Source of the DNA: a virus
Taxonomy: Duplodnaviria; Heunggongvirae; Uroviricota; Caudoviricetes
Length of the DNA: 35,326 nucleotides
Virus record (IMG/VR): IMGVR_UViG_2778261588_000004
Span: 1 to 35,326 of that record
Reading direction: 5' to 3' (one strand)
The position numbers were made by a program, and so were the translations under genes. Shown here piece by piece: positions 14,815 to 22,867 of the stretch (position 1 is the first letter of the stretch; each line of letters opens with the position of its first letter). The notes below the pieces were generated by a model that saw only the letters and a program-made list of their open reading frames with translations, was not told the origin of the DNA and made no database searches.

Positions 14815-15225
14815 ATGGCTCAGGTTGCCATTTTTAAAGAAATATTCGATCAAGTGCGAAAAGATTTAAACTGTGAATTGTTTTATTCTGAACTAAAACG
14901 TCACAATGTCTCACATTATATTTACTATCTAGCCACAGATAATATTCACATTGTGTTAGAAAACGATAACACTGTGTTAATAAAAGGACTTAAAAAGGTT
15001 GTAAATGTTAAATTCTCAAGAAATACGCATCTTATAGAAACGTCCTTTGATAGGTTGAAATCAAGAGAAATCACATTTCAGCAATACAGGGAAAATCTTG
15101 CTAAAGCAGGAGTTTTCCGATGGGTTACAAATATCCACGAACATAAAAGATATTACTATACCTTTGATAATTCATTACTATTTACTGAGAGCATTCAGAA
15201 CACTACACAAATCTTTCCACGCTAA
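14815..15225 (+). CDS. DUF1398-type protein, YbcV-like
   Basis: Internal ATG at 14815 with GGAAGG 9 nt upstream gives 136 aa ([43 protein letters not shown]...); the track ORF starts at an upstream TTG. Confidence 0.65.
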   Translation: MAQVAIFKEIFDQVRKDLNCELFYSELKRHNVSHYIYYLATDNIHIVLENDNTVLIKGLKKVVNVKFSRNTHLIETSFDRLKSREITFQQYRENLAKAGVFRWVTNIHEHKRYYYTFDNSLLFTESIQNTTQIFPR

Positions 15226-15515
15226 ATCATAACGTCCGGTTTCTTCCGTGTCAGCACCGGGGCGTTGGCATAATGCAATACGTGTACGCGCTAAACCCTG
15301 TGTGCATCGTTTTTAATTATTCCCGGACACTCCCGCAGAGAAGTTCCCCGTCAGGGCTGTGGACATAGTTAATCCGGGAATACAATGACGATTCATCGCA
15401 CCTGACATACATTAATAAATATTAACAATATGAAATTTCAACTCATTGTTTAGGGTTTGTTTAATTTTCTACACATACGATTCTGCGAACTTCAAAAAGC
15501 ATCGGGAATAACACC

Positions 15516-15809
15516 ATGAAAAAAATGCTACTCGCTACTGCGCTGGCCCTGCTTATTACAGGATGTGCTCAACAGACGTTTACTGTTCAAAACAAACAGA
15601 CAGCAGTAGCACCAAAGGAAACCATCACCCATCATTTCTTCGTTTCTGGAATTGGGCAGAAGAAAACTGTCGATGCAGCCAAAATTTGTGGCGGCGCAGA
15701 AAATGTTGTTAAAACAGAAACCCAGCAAACATTCGTAAATGGATTGCTCGGTTTTATTACTTTAGGCATTTATACTCCGCTGGAAGCGCGTGTGTATTGC
15801 TCAAAATAA
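15516..15809 (+). CDS. bor: Bor lipoprotein (serum-resistance lipoprotein of lambdoid prophages)
   Basis: 97-aa ORF MKKMLLATALALLITGCAQQTF... with lipobox LITGC; opposite orientation to the lysis genes, as bor is in lambda. Confidence 0.92.
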   Translation: MKKMLLATALALLITGCAQQTFTVQNKQTAVAPKETITHHFFVSGIGQKKTVDAAKICGGAENVVKTETQQTFVNGLLGFITLGIYTPLEARVYCSK

Positions 15810-15840
15810 TTGCATGAGTTGCCCATCGATATGGTCAGCT

Positions 15841-16320
15841 CTATCTGCACTGCTCATTAATATACTTCTGGGTTCCTTCCAGTTGTTTTTGCATAGTGAT
15901 CAGCCTCTCTCTGAGGGTGAAATAATCCCGTTCAGCGGTGTCTGCCAGTCGGGGGGAGGCTGCATTATCCACGCCGGAGGCCGTGGTGGCTTCACGCACT
16001 GACTGACAGACTGCTTTGATGTGCAACCGACGACGACCAGCGGCAACATCATCACGCAGAGCATCATTTTCAGCTTTCGCATCAGCTAACTCCTTCGTGT
16101 ATTTTGCATCGAGCGCAGCAACATCACGCTGACGCATCTGCATGTCAGTAATTGCCGCGTTCGCTAGCTTCAGTTCTCTGGCATTTTTGTCGCGCTGGGC
16201 TTTGTAGGTAATGGCGTTATCACGGTAATGATTAACAGCCCAAGACAGGCAGACGATGATGCAGATAACCAGAGCGGAGATAATCGCGGCTACTCTTCTC
16301 ACTGATCTATCCCCCAACAA
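15841..16320 (-). CDS. Rz: Spanin inner-membrane subunit Rz (i-spanin)
   Basis: Lambda Rz-like from [39 protein letters not shown]... to ...KYINEQCR; N-terminal TM helix; start uncertain and overlaps the endolysin end. Confidence 0.85.
   Translation of the reverse strand: MLGDRSVRRVAAIISALVICIIVCLSWAVNHYRDNAITYKAQRDKNARELKLANAAITDMQMRQRDVAALDAKYTKELADAKAENDALRDDVAAGRRRLHIKAVCQSVREATTASGVDNAASPRLADTAERDYFTLRERLITMQKQLEGTQKYINEQCR
15900..16082 (-). CDS. Rz1: Spanin outer-membrane lipoprotein Rz1 (o-spanin), embedded in Rz
   Basis: 60-aa [27 protein letters not shown]... with lipobox VVGC and Pro-rich tail, wholly inside Rz in another frame. Confidence 0.85.
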   Translation of the reverse strand: MRKLKMMLCVMMLPLVVVGCTSKQSVSQCVKPPRPPAWIMQPPPDWQTPLNGIISPSERG

Positions 16321-16832
16321 GCTAATGAGCTTTCCTGGTCACGACGAATAACCTGTCCGTAGCAGTTATTTGAACGTGTGCGGCAATCACGCCCACCGTC
16401 CTTAATCCACCAGCGAATCGACTCACAGGCACCTTTACGATCACCGGCATTAAGCCGCTTATAAAACGTCGACGGGAAACACTTACCGGGGCCAATGTTA
16501 TAGGGGCAAAACGACGCGATACCCGCTTTTTGTGGTTCGGTCAGTGGTACTTTAATATTACGTTCCACCCATGCCAGCGCCTTATCACGTTCAATGGCGT
16601 TAACCTGGTCGCATTTTTCCTTCGACAGTTTCATACCGGGAAAAACGGGTTTTCCATCCACCATCGTGGCACCCCGACAGATGGTCCAGATGCCGGAACC
16701 ATCACGGTATGCCGTTGTGTGGTTACCTTCTTTTTCGTCCAGAAACTGGTCAAGTATTTGAGGAGCAGACGCGCCTGCACCAATCAGCACTAGTACAGTA
16801 GCCGACAGGCCGTATCTGATTTTTGCGTTCAT
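16299..16832 (-). CDS. R: Endolysin, GH24 T4-type lysozyme with N-terminal SAR (signal-anchor-release) segment
   Basis: [20 protein letters not shown] fits the Glu-8aa-Asp-5aa-Thr lysozyme motif; N-terminus [18 protein letters not shown] is a weakly hydrophobic Gly/Ala-rich segment; not homologous to the lambda R transglycosylase. Confidence 0.85.
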   Translation of the reverse strand: MNAKIRYGLSATVLVLIGAGASAPQILDQFLDEKEGNHTTAYRDGSGIWTICRGATMVDGKPVFPGMKLSKEKCDQVNAIERDKALAWVERNIKVPLTEPQKAGIASFCPYNIGPGKCFPSTFYKRLNAGDRKGACESIRWWIKDGGRDCRTRSNNCYGQVIRRDQESSLACWGIDQ

Positions 16833-16937
16833 GGATATTTATCAGGATTTATCGGTTTCTGAACCCTGGATATGTTTATCTGTCCCGGCCTGTTGAATCA
16901 GGCAAGGAATAGTTAAATACAATAGAGAGGATTGTTT

Positions 16938-17210
16938 ATGGACAATAGCACCATTTCTCTACAGGAGTTGCTCGACTGCATTTCCAAGCTTCGGGATGAT
17001 GTAAATGCCCTTACTGTCGCATTTTCATATCTGGCATTCTCAATTCCCAAGGAACAAATGCAACCAACACTGGCATCGCTCCAGCTTGAATCAATCAATT
17101 CCAAATGGTCCCAGCAACAACAAAATTCTTTCAAGTGGCTAGCGGTATTACTGGAGGAAAAATATGCTGGTGAAATTACCATTTCGGCGGAGTCTTCAGT
17201 GAACCAGTAA
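16938..17210 (+). CDS. Hypothetical small protein (90 aa), convergent with the neighbouring minus-strand ORF
   Basis: ATG at 16938 with AGAGAGG 7 nt upstream; AT-rich; overlaps the 3' end of the 17176..17520 ORF by 35 nt; no family recognised. A minus-strand ORF (16913..17245) covers the same DNA, so strand is unresolved. Confidence 0.35.
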   Translation: MDNSTISLQELLDCISKLRDDVNALTVAFSYLAFSIPKEQMQPTLASLQLESINSKWSQQQQNSFKWLAVLLEEKYAGEITISAESSVNQ

Positions 17211-17520
17211 TTCTTCCCGGCAGTTTTCCTTTGTAGGTTATCCACACACTCTGCGCCTCTAAAATTATGGGGCGCTTTTCCGGCGACTGCTCATCCCCTC
17301 CACATAACCCGGCAGCAACATCCAGGAAGACCTGTCTGATGCTCCTTCTGGCTGCTGCCTCATAAAACTCCAGCGCGGCACCTTCAACACGGTCCAGCGA
17401 GATGTCCAGGTCAAAAATTTCACCGTCAAAGCGTTCTTTGTCCTGTAATGCTAAAGTTACCGTAACTTTATTCTCAAAATTGCGGATCCCTTTCACAATC
17501 ATTTCATAGTTTTGGACCAT
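17176..17520 (-). CDS. Hypothetical protein (114 aa) between holin and endolysin
   Basis: Starts 5 nt after the holin stop with GAGGAG upstream; same position as ydfR between essQ and rrrQ in the Qin prophage, but homology to YdfR/DUF1327 is not verified. Confidence 0.5.
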   Translation of the reverse strand: MVQNYEMIVKGIRNFENKVTVTLALQDKERFDGEIFDLDISLDRVEGAALEFYEAAARRSIRQVFLDVAAGLCGGDEQSPEKRPIILEAQSVWITYKGKLPGRITGSLKTPPKW

Positions 17521-17524
17521 TATA

Positions 17525-17740
17525 TTACTCTCCTCTCGCAGCCTTTCTTCTGTCTTCTCTGATTTTGAAGTACAGATTCGTCAGATAAGTCAGAAAGCCC
17601 AGAACCAGACTTCCCAGTACACCAATCGCAGCCCACTGAGACGGACTAACCTGATCAAGCCATTGTAAAAACCAGTAGCCAGCACTGCCTGCGGAGGTGC
17701 CGTAGGCAATGCCTGTTGATATTTTTTCCATCTGATACAT
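17525..17740 (-). CDS. S: Class II holin (phage 21 S21 / EssD-type pinholin), dual-start
   Basis: Two Met codons three codons apart ([30 protein letters not shown]...), two TM segments, charged C-terminus [13 protein letters not shown]; 71 aa from the first Met; the track ORF extends upstream. Confidence 0.85.
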   Translation of the reverse strand: MYQMEKISTGIAYGTSAGSAGYWFLQWLDQVSPSQWAAIGVLGSLVLGFLTYLTNLYFKIREDRRKAARGE

Positions 17741-17849
17741 ATCCCGCCCCAACAGACCTGTGCTACCGGAAAGAAAAAAGGCCATCAGCAAAACTCTGAT
17801 GGCCTGAATCACCTTTACCAGTCATGTATGAAAAAATACGCACAATCAA

Positions 17850-17978
17850 TTGACAATAATTATCATTTTCATTAAAAATACCGCGTAACATTCTTATTTC
17901 ATGAAGAACCATACCCGCCAGCAACCTGAGTAGCAAAAGCTGTTCATCCCCCATATTTTTGCTGGCGGGTTCTTTTTT
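17850..17978 (+). ncRNA. Candidate small RNA unit: sigma70-like promoter plus intrinsic terminator, antisense to the late leader
   Basis: Perfect -35 TTGACA (17850..17855), 17-18 nt spacer, A/T-rich -10 (TAAAAA/AAAAAT ~17873..17879); hairpin ACCCGCCAGCAA (17913..17924) / TTGCTGGCGGGT (17959..17970) then TCTTTTTT (17971..17978); no ORF with an RBS inside. Confidence 0.3.
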
Positions 17979-18203
17979 CTACTGCCCTCCTCCCCAGGAA
18001 AAGCATTTCATTCTTTTCTCATTAATCGTTACTGGAGAGAAGGCGGGAAAAAGCCAGCTCTTTGGCCCTAAATAACAGCATGGCTTCAGTCCATACAGAA
18101 TCTGATTTTCCAGCTCACATAATAACCAGATGATGCAGTTGCAAAATCTGGCAACATCGGATTATTATGCGCCTGTGAAAATTTCTTCACGTTTTATTCC
18201 TTG

Positions 18204-18235
18204 CCGCCCGTGCCTCCCAGCGCGGGCTTTTTTAT
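18204..18235 (+). terminator. Weak plus-strand hairpin plus T-run (half of a back-to-back terminator pair)
   Basis: GCCCG (18206..18210) / CGGGC (18223..18227) with 12-nt loop, then TTTTTT (18228..18233). Confidence 0.3.
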
Positions 18236-18262
18236 CCAAAAAATACCCCTCCGGAGAGGGGT
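18236..18262 (-). terminator. Intrinsic terminator in the late-operon leader (tR'-like candidate)
   Basis: Minus sense ACCCCTC-TCCG-GAGGGGT followed by ATTTTTTGG; ~480 nt upstream of the holin start. Confidence 0.5.
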
Positions 18263-18552
18263 ATCATACAAGGGGATGACCATAATGCATGGTGCCGGGT
18301 GCCTCCCGGTGAGTCCGGCATCAGCATACGAACCCGCGATTATCCCAGAACTGACTGCTGATTCGCCCCGCCGCTTAGGGGGATTCACCATGCGTTTTTT
18401 TATTTACAAACTCTTCGCCAGACAAACAACCATTAACTGGCTGAATTGTGAGGTATTTCAATTTTTAGAAAACTGACCAACCTCCGCTTATACGCCGGGC
18501 ATGGAGCGGATACAAAAAAGCCCCGCAAAAGCAGATCAGAAGGATTCGTTGT

Positions 18553-18592
18553 AAAAAAAAAGCTGTCAGATTATCGCGCTAATCTGACAGCT
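18553..18592 (-). terminator. Strong intrinsic terminator downstream of the methyltransferase gene
   Basis: Perfect 13-bp stem AGCTGTCAGATTA / TAATCTGACAGCT (18561..18573 / 18580..18592), 6-nt loop, followed in minus sense by a run of 8-9 U. Confidence 0.65.
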
Positions 18593-18833
18593 ACAGCAGG
18601 TATCCAAAAACATGGGTGGAAACAATAAGTGAGTTAAGAAGACACGGTGTCGGATTTTTACCGATGAGCCGTTGGCGTGGTCAACCGTGACTCGCTTGTA
18701 TCAACGATGAATTAATGAAGCCAATCCTTTGCAGGCTATGTACAACCCACCACATCAGCCCTGCTGCATTGCAGGATACACTGTATCTGTAATCATTATA
18801 CGGCACAGACATCCCACCAATAATTGAATTAAT

Positions 18834-19895
18834 TCACAAAATTGTATTTGCTGATAACATACTGATTTCCTGGATGGTCTGATTAAACCGCTCTGTCTCA
18901 AGCTCAACACCTAACGCCCGACGCCCCAGCGCCATTGCTGCTTTTATTGTGGAACCGGATCCCATAAAGAAATCAGCAACCAGATCGCCGGGTCGACTAC
19001 TGGCATTGATTATTTGCCTGAGCATATCCGCCGGTTTCTCACACGGATGTTTACCCGGGTAGAACTGAACGGGTTTATGCATCCAGACATCGGTATAAGG
19101 CACGGAGACTGATACGGAGAAATAGCGCCGGAGAGATTTAAACTCATCCAGCAATTCAGAATATTTGCGATTCAGTGAATCATAAGATGCCACCAACTGG
19201 TGGTGTGGTTGTTCCAGTTGTTGTTCCTGAAACTTCTCTGCCGCTATACGGGAAAACAGTGCCTGTAACTTCCGGTAGTCAGCCTCATTCGGCAACTGCC
19301 ACTGACTGGCACCAAACCAGTGGGAAACCATATTTTTCTTACCTGTGGCTTCGGCAATTTGTTTTGCCGTTATACCCAGTTCGGCACGAGCATCCCTGAA
19401 ATACGATATCAGCGGTGCCATTATGTGCTGTTTGAGTTCCCTTTCTTTTGCCACATAGCCGTCACTTTTGCCGCGATATGGCCCCCGGTAATGTTCAGCA
19501 AACAGAACGCGCTCTGTGGCAGGAAAATATGCGCGCAGACTTTCTTTATTACACCCATTCCAACGTCCGGACGGCTTCGCCCAGATGATATGGTTAAGCA
19601 CGTTGAAACGTTCACGCATCATGATCTCAATATCAGATGCCAGGCGATGCCCACAGAACAGGTAAAGGCTTCCGGCAGGTTTCAACACCCGCCAGAACTG
19701 GGCCAGACAGTGGTCCAGCCACTTAAGGTAATCTTCGTCCCCTTTCCACTGATTGTCCCAACCGTTGGGTTTCACCTTGAAGTAAGGCGGATCGGTAACA
19801 ATCAGGTCAATGGAATCATCAGGCAGGGACTGAATAAAATGCAGGCAATCAGCGTTGATTAAATCAATACTGTTTATTTTTACAGTGCTTTTCAT
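18834..19895 (-). CDS. DNA methyltransferase, beta-class (probably N6-adenine)
   Basis: 353 aa; motif IV DPPY near the N-terminus (LIVTDPPYF) and AdoMet motif I FFMGSGST near the C-terminus, the beta-class order; no adjacent restriction gene recognised. Confidence 0.85.
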   Translation of the reverse strand: MKSTVKINSIDLINADCLHFIQSLPDDSIDLIVTDPPYFKVKPNGWDNQWKGDEDYLKWLDHCLAQFWRVLKPAGSLYLFCGHRLASDIEIMMRERFNVLNHIIWAKPSGRWNGCNKESLRAYFPATERVLFAEHYRGPYRGKSDGYVAKERELKQHIMAPLISYFRDARAELGITAKQIAEATGKKNMVSHWFGASQWQLPNEADYRKLQALFSRIAAEKFQEQQLEQPHHQLVASYDSLNRKYSELLDEFKSLRRYFSVSVSVPYTDVWMHKPVQFYPGKHPCEKPADMLRQIINASSRPGDLVADFFMGSGSTIKAAMALGRRALGVELETERFNQTIQEISMLSANTIL

Positions 19896-20044
19896 GGATC
19901 AGTAAGCGTAACTCTGGTAGGCTCACTCTGCTTTTGCGCTAAAGCAGTGGGCCATGGTTCGCTTGTGACCAGTAAGCATGAGCGAATGGCTGGCAGGTGC
20001 TACCAACACCCACCAGCCGCCCATTTTCACAAATTAAAAGCCCT

Positions 20045-20239
20045 TCATTGCTGAAGGCGTCTGTAACAGCCGAACTGGTAATCTGCCAGCCCCGCCATAA
20101 CCAGCTGGGTCAGTATTAACTGACAGCGTTCGCGTGAAAGGTATGTGTTTTGTGCTATCTCCCCGACTGTTGCCGGTTTGCCGTTTAATTCATTAAAAAC
20201 AACTTTCGCCGTTTCTGTCATATCTTGCTGTTTTAGCAT
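20045..20239 (-). CDS. Small winged-helix protein, FaeA/PapI-like (tentative)
   Basis: 64 aa; VVFNELNGKPATVGEIAQNTYLSRERCQLILTQLVMAGL resembles the PapI/FaeA family of Dam-methylation-linked regulators; GAAGG 9 nt upstream of ATG. Confidence 0.45.
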   Translation of the reverse strand: MLKQQDMTETAKVVFNELNGKPATVGEIAQNTYLSRERCQLILTQLVMAGLADYQFGCYRRLQQ

Positions 20240-20420
20240 GTCTTTTTACCTTCATGGTTAACATGACATACCAATAACTCTTGTCTAAAAAGCCAGCAAG
20301 ATAAAAAGTCAGTATTCACGACCACCAGCGTGTTTACCGTACTGCACCAATGTTTAATTTATAAAAAAACCGCGAGAACGCGGTAAGTATTGTTAAAAAA
20401 AAACAGTAATTTCACTCAAC

Positions 20421-21023
20421 TTATTTAATACATTCTTTTGCTTGCGCATAATAAATTTTATGAGTATTAGCAAGCTTAACGAAGTTATACTTAACTGCCC
20501 CTAACAGGGTTCCAACTCTTGTATGCCCTTCCATTAAATGAAGCCCTGTTGTATTACTTTTCAGCAAAGCTCGATCTATAAAAAATGGAGGTTCACACCA
20601 TGTGCCAAAATTACACCAATGCGCTTTTATTTCATCATCCATAAATACATCGCCTTTACGGGTTGTGAAATCTTCAACGACCTCATGCAAAAAATCAGGG
20701 TAAGTAGCATTATCCCCGATAGTTAAAAAATTTTTAGTGGGAAGTTCAATCAATTTCCATTCGATTTGGTCAATATTAAGATCCCCATAAAGCTCCTGAA
20801 ATCTGTCATAACCTGCCAATCCATAATAAATCTCCTGAATTACAGGAGTGGGGGCGGCGATAGAATATTGCTCACGAAGTATTCTTTCAGCCTCAGGAGC
20901 TTTAAATATGGGTCTTTCTGAGAAAATAGGCAAAAGATCTCGGTATAACATCCATATCCCGTGTAAGAAAAAATAATTTAACCCGCTCGGCGGCGGGTTC
21001 TTGGACTCATCAACGGTAGACAT
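20421..21023 (-). CDS. Hypothetical protein (200 aa), AT-rich cargo gene next to Q
   Basis: Long ORF with clearly lower GC than flanking genes; possible promoter (TTGCAT-17-TAATAT) in the 81-nt gap after Q; possible PD-(D/E)xK-like residues (YPD ... DEIK); no family recognised. Confidence 0.55.
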   Translation of the reverse strand: MSTVDESKNPPPSGLNYFFLHGIWMLYRDLLPIFSERPIFKAPEAERILREQYSIAAPTPVIQEIYYGLAGYDRFQELYGDLNIDQIEWKLIELPTKNFLTIGDNATYPDFLHEVVEDFTTRKGDVFMDDEIKAHWCNFGTWCEPPFFIDRALLKSNTTGLHLMEGHTRVGTLLGAVKYNFVKLANTHKIYYAQAKECIK

Positions 21024-21104
21024 ACAAAGCCCATCGTTGGGAAAATATTATCCATATTTTTTGAGAAATGCAAGCATCATGTCGCCATCTTCGGTGAAAA
21101 TCAC

Positions 21105-21857
21105 TTATCTCGTCACCTTTCTCAATTGTGCTTCAGCGAATGCTTCTTCCTGCCAGCACTTTGTTACCAGTTTATCAATGACGTCTGCATATCCTTTGTA
21201 CCACTGATAATCAGTCAGGTCCGGTACCAGCTTCTGGACATGACGTCGTGCCAGTGTGGTCGGTAAACGACTAAACCGGTTTCCATTGCAACGCCCACAA
21301 ATCTTATAAACAGGCGCGCCATGAAGCCGGGTTCTTTTTTCATCCAGGACAATGCCTTTACCCTTACACCCTCTGCAAGCCGTGCTGACTTCTCCCTTAC
21401 CATGGCAATGCTGACATAATTCCTTCACCCACTCTTCCTTGATAACAGATTCCCCGCTTCTGGAGTGTTTCACCACTTCGCGCAATACACTATGAAATCC
21501 AGTACCAGCACAATGCTCACAGCGAGCCTTACTTGCCGCAGACCTGGAATAATCAGCAAAGGCAAAACTCACAAGGTAAGGGATGATCTGTAACCGGGTT
21601 TCTTCACTCAATTTGTTCAATGTCGGGTTATCCATTGCCATCGCGTAATTGAGCAGACCTTCAATCGCAAACTGAGGATCCTGAACACCAACTTTTGCCA
21701 GGAATAAGGCAAACCCAAGCGGTGCTTTCGACTGCACCATCCCCTGCGCAGCCATCACATCCGTAATCGTTAAACCACCTGAGCCTGTCGCCGGTGCGTC
21801 ATCGCTCAATTTTGGAGATTTTGGGGAGTAATATTTTGGTAAGGCTTCAAGGTTCAT
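21105..21857 (-). CDS. Q: Late-gene antitermination protein Q (long, zinc-finger-rich Q family)
   Basis: 250 aa with CEHCAGTG, CQHCHGKG, CRGCKGKG and CGRCNGN cysteine pairs; end of the nin-like region, upstream of the late and lysis genes. Confidence 0.7.
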   Translation of the reverse strand: MNLEALPKYYSPKSPKLSDDAPATGSGGLTITDVMAAQGMVQSKAPLGFALFLAKVGVQDPQFAIEGLLNYAMAMDNPTLNKLSEETRLQIIPYLVSFAFADYSRSAASKARCEHCAGTGFHSVLREVVKHSRSGESVIKEEWVKELCQHCHGKGEVSTACRGCKGKGIVLDEKRTRLHGAPVYKICGRCNGNRFSRLPTTLARRHVQKLVPDLTDYQWYKGYADVIDKLVTKCWQEEAFAEAQLRKVTR

Positions 21858-21870
21858 GCTCGTTCTCCAC

Positions 21871-22866
21871 TTACGCCAGTACGCCTATTGCCAGCGCATG
21901 ATCGATAAAACGAAATATCAGCTCCAGCTGGGAGCCATACATCTCTTCAAATGCCACGGTATCCGCATGCAGCTCGTCGTGATGCTTTCTGCACAAAGGC
22001 AACACAAAGAGGTCATGCGCTTTTGTACCCATTCCACCCTGACCATGGCCTATCAGGTGGTGGGGATCATCAGCAGGCTTTCCACAACATGCACACGGCT
22101 GTGTCTTAACCCAGCGCGTGTACTTTTCATTAACCCAGCGGCGACGTTTTGGGCGTAACATAAAAGACTCCGGCGACTCTGGATCCACTTTCAGCGCCAG
22201 CACCTTTTTCGCTTTATCCTGGATAATGCTGGTGGCAGGAACCGAAGGAACAAGGTCACTCTCCCGGGTGACAGACGGCACAACCGGCTTCGGTAATCTC
22301 AGTGCCTTACGGGCTGCACTTTCCGGTAAGGCATCCGCCAGGTCATTACGAACCAGCCACCAGCACAGTTCCGGCATTGTCACTACGTGACTGTCATCAA
22401 AACCGAGATCCCGACGCACGACAGATAACACCCAGTGGGCACAGTTATCCGTTGCCATTGATTCCAGCCGTTCCGTGAACTGATCGCGCAGCTGGTTATC
22501 GCAGTGCCAGCACAGACGGATTGCGCCCGGAGCGTGCCGCATTGTGGTCATGTTATCGCTGTGCCAGTCGGAATGAGGCCACTGGCAGCCTTTTTCACGA
22601 AGTAACCAGCTTTCAAGACATTCCACGCCACCAGCACGACGGATCACTGCCTCATTGCGAAACACGGCCCGAACGGCAGGATCATCCGCCAGCGGTTGTG
22701 ATGCCGCCGGAACGGCACCACTGGCGAAAGATGAATAACGTTCCGGCTCAGGCTCCAGCAGGACACGCCCCTGCATAAACAGGGGCATCAGCTCTGAACC
22801 TGGCCTGAACAATACGATCCCCATACGCGGGGCAATTTCAGGGGTCAGTAATGCTCTCACGGTCAC
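21871..22866 (-). CDS. DUF968-like prophage protein with C-terminal HNH-type zinc motif
   Basis: 331 aa; C-terminus ...QPCACCGKPADDPHHLIGHGQGGMGTKAHDLFVLPLCRKHHDELH; GTG start overlapping the KilA-N stop. Confidence 0.55.
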   Translation of the reverse strand: MTVRALLTPEIAPRMGIVLFRPGSELMPLFMQGRVLLEPEPERYSSFASGAVPAASQPLADDPAVRAVFRNEAVIRRAGGVECLESWLLREKGCQWPHSDWHSDNMTTMRHAPGAIRLCWHCDNQLRDQFTERLESMATDNCAHWVLSVVRRDLGFDDSHVVTMPELCWWLVRNDLADALPESAARKALRLPKPVVPSVTRESDLVPSVPATSIIQDKAKKVLALKVDPESPESFMLRPKRRRWVNEKYTRWVKTQPCACCGKPADDPHHLIGHGQGGMGTKAHDLFVLPLCRKHHDELHADTVAFEEMYGSQLELIFRFIDHALAIGVLA

Positions 22867-22867
22867 C

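Noticed and set aside
17763-17954. 63-aa minus-strand ORF upstream of the holin
   Set aside because: No RBS, overlaps the candidate plus-strand sRNA promoter and terminator, and lies in what is more likely the late leader.
17813-18833. Possible tRNA genes in the Q-to-holin intergenic region, as found near stx in Stx phages
   Set aside because: No cloverleaf-compatible sequence with T-loop-like GTTCGA/TCGAAC context found on either strand; the hairpins present are better explained as terminators.
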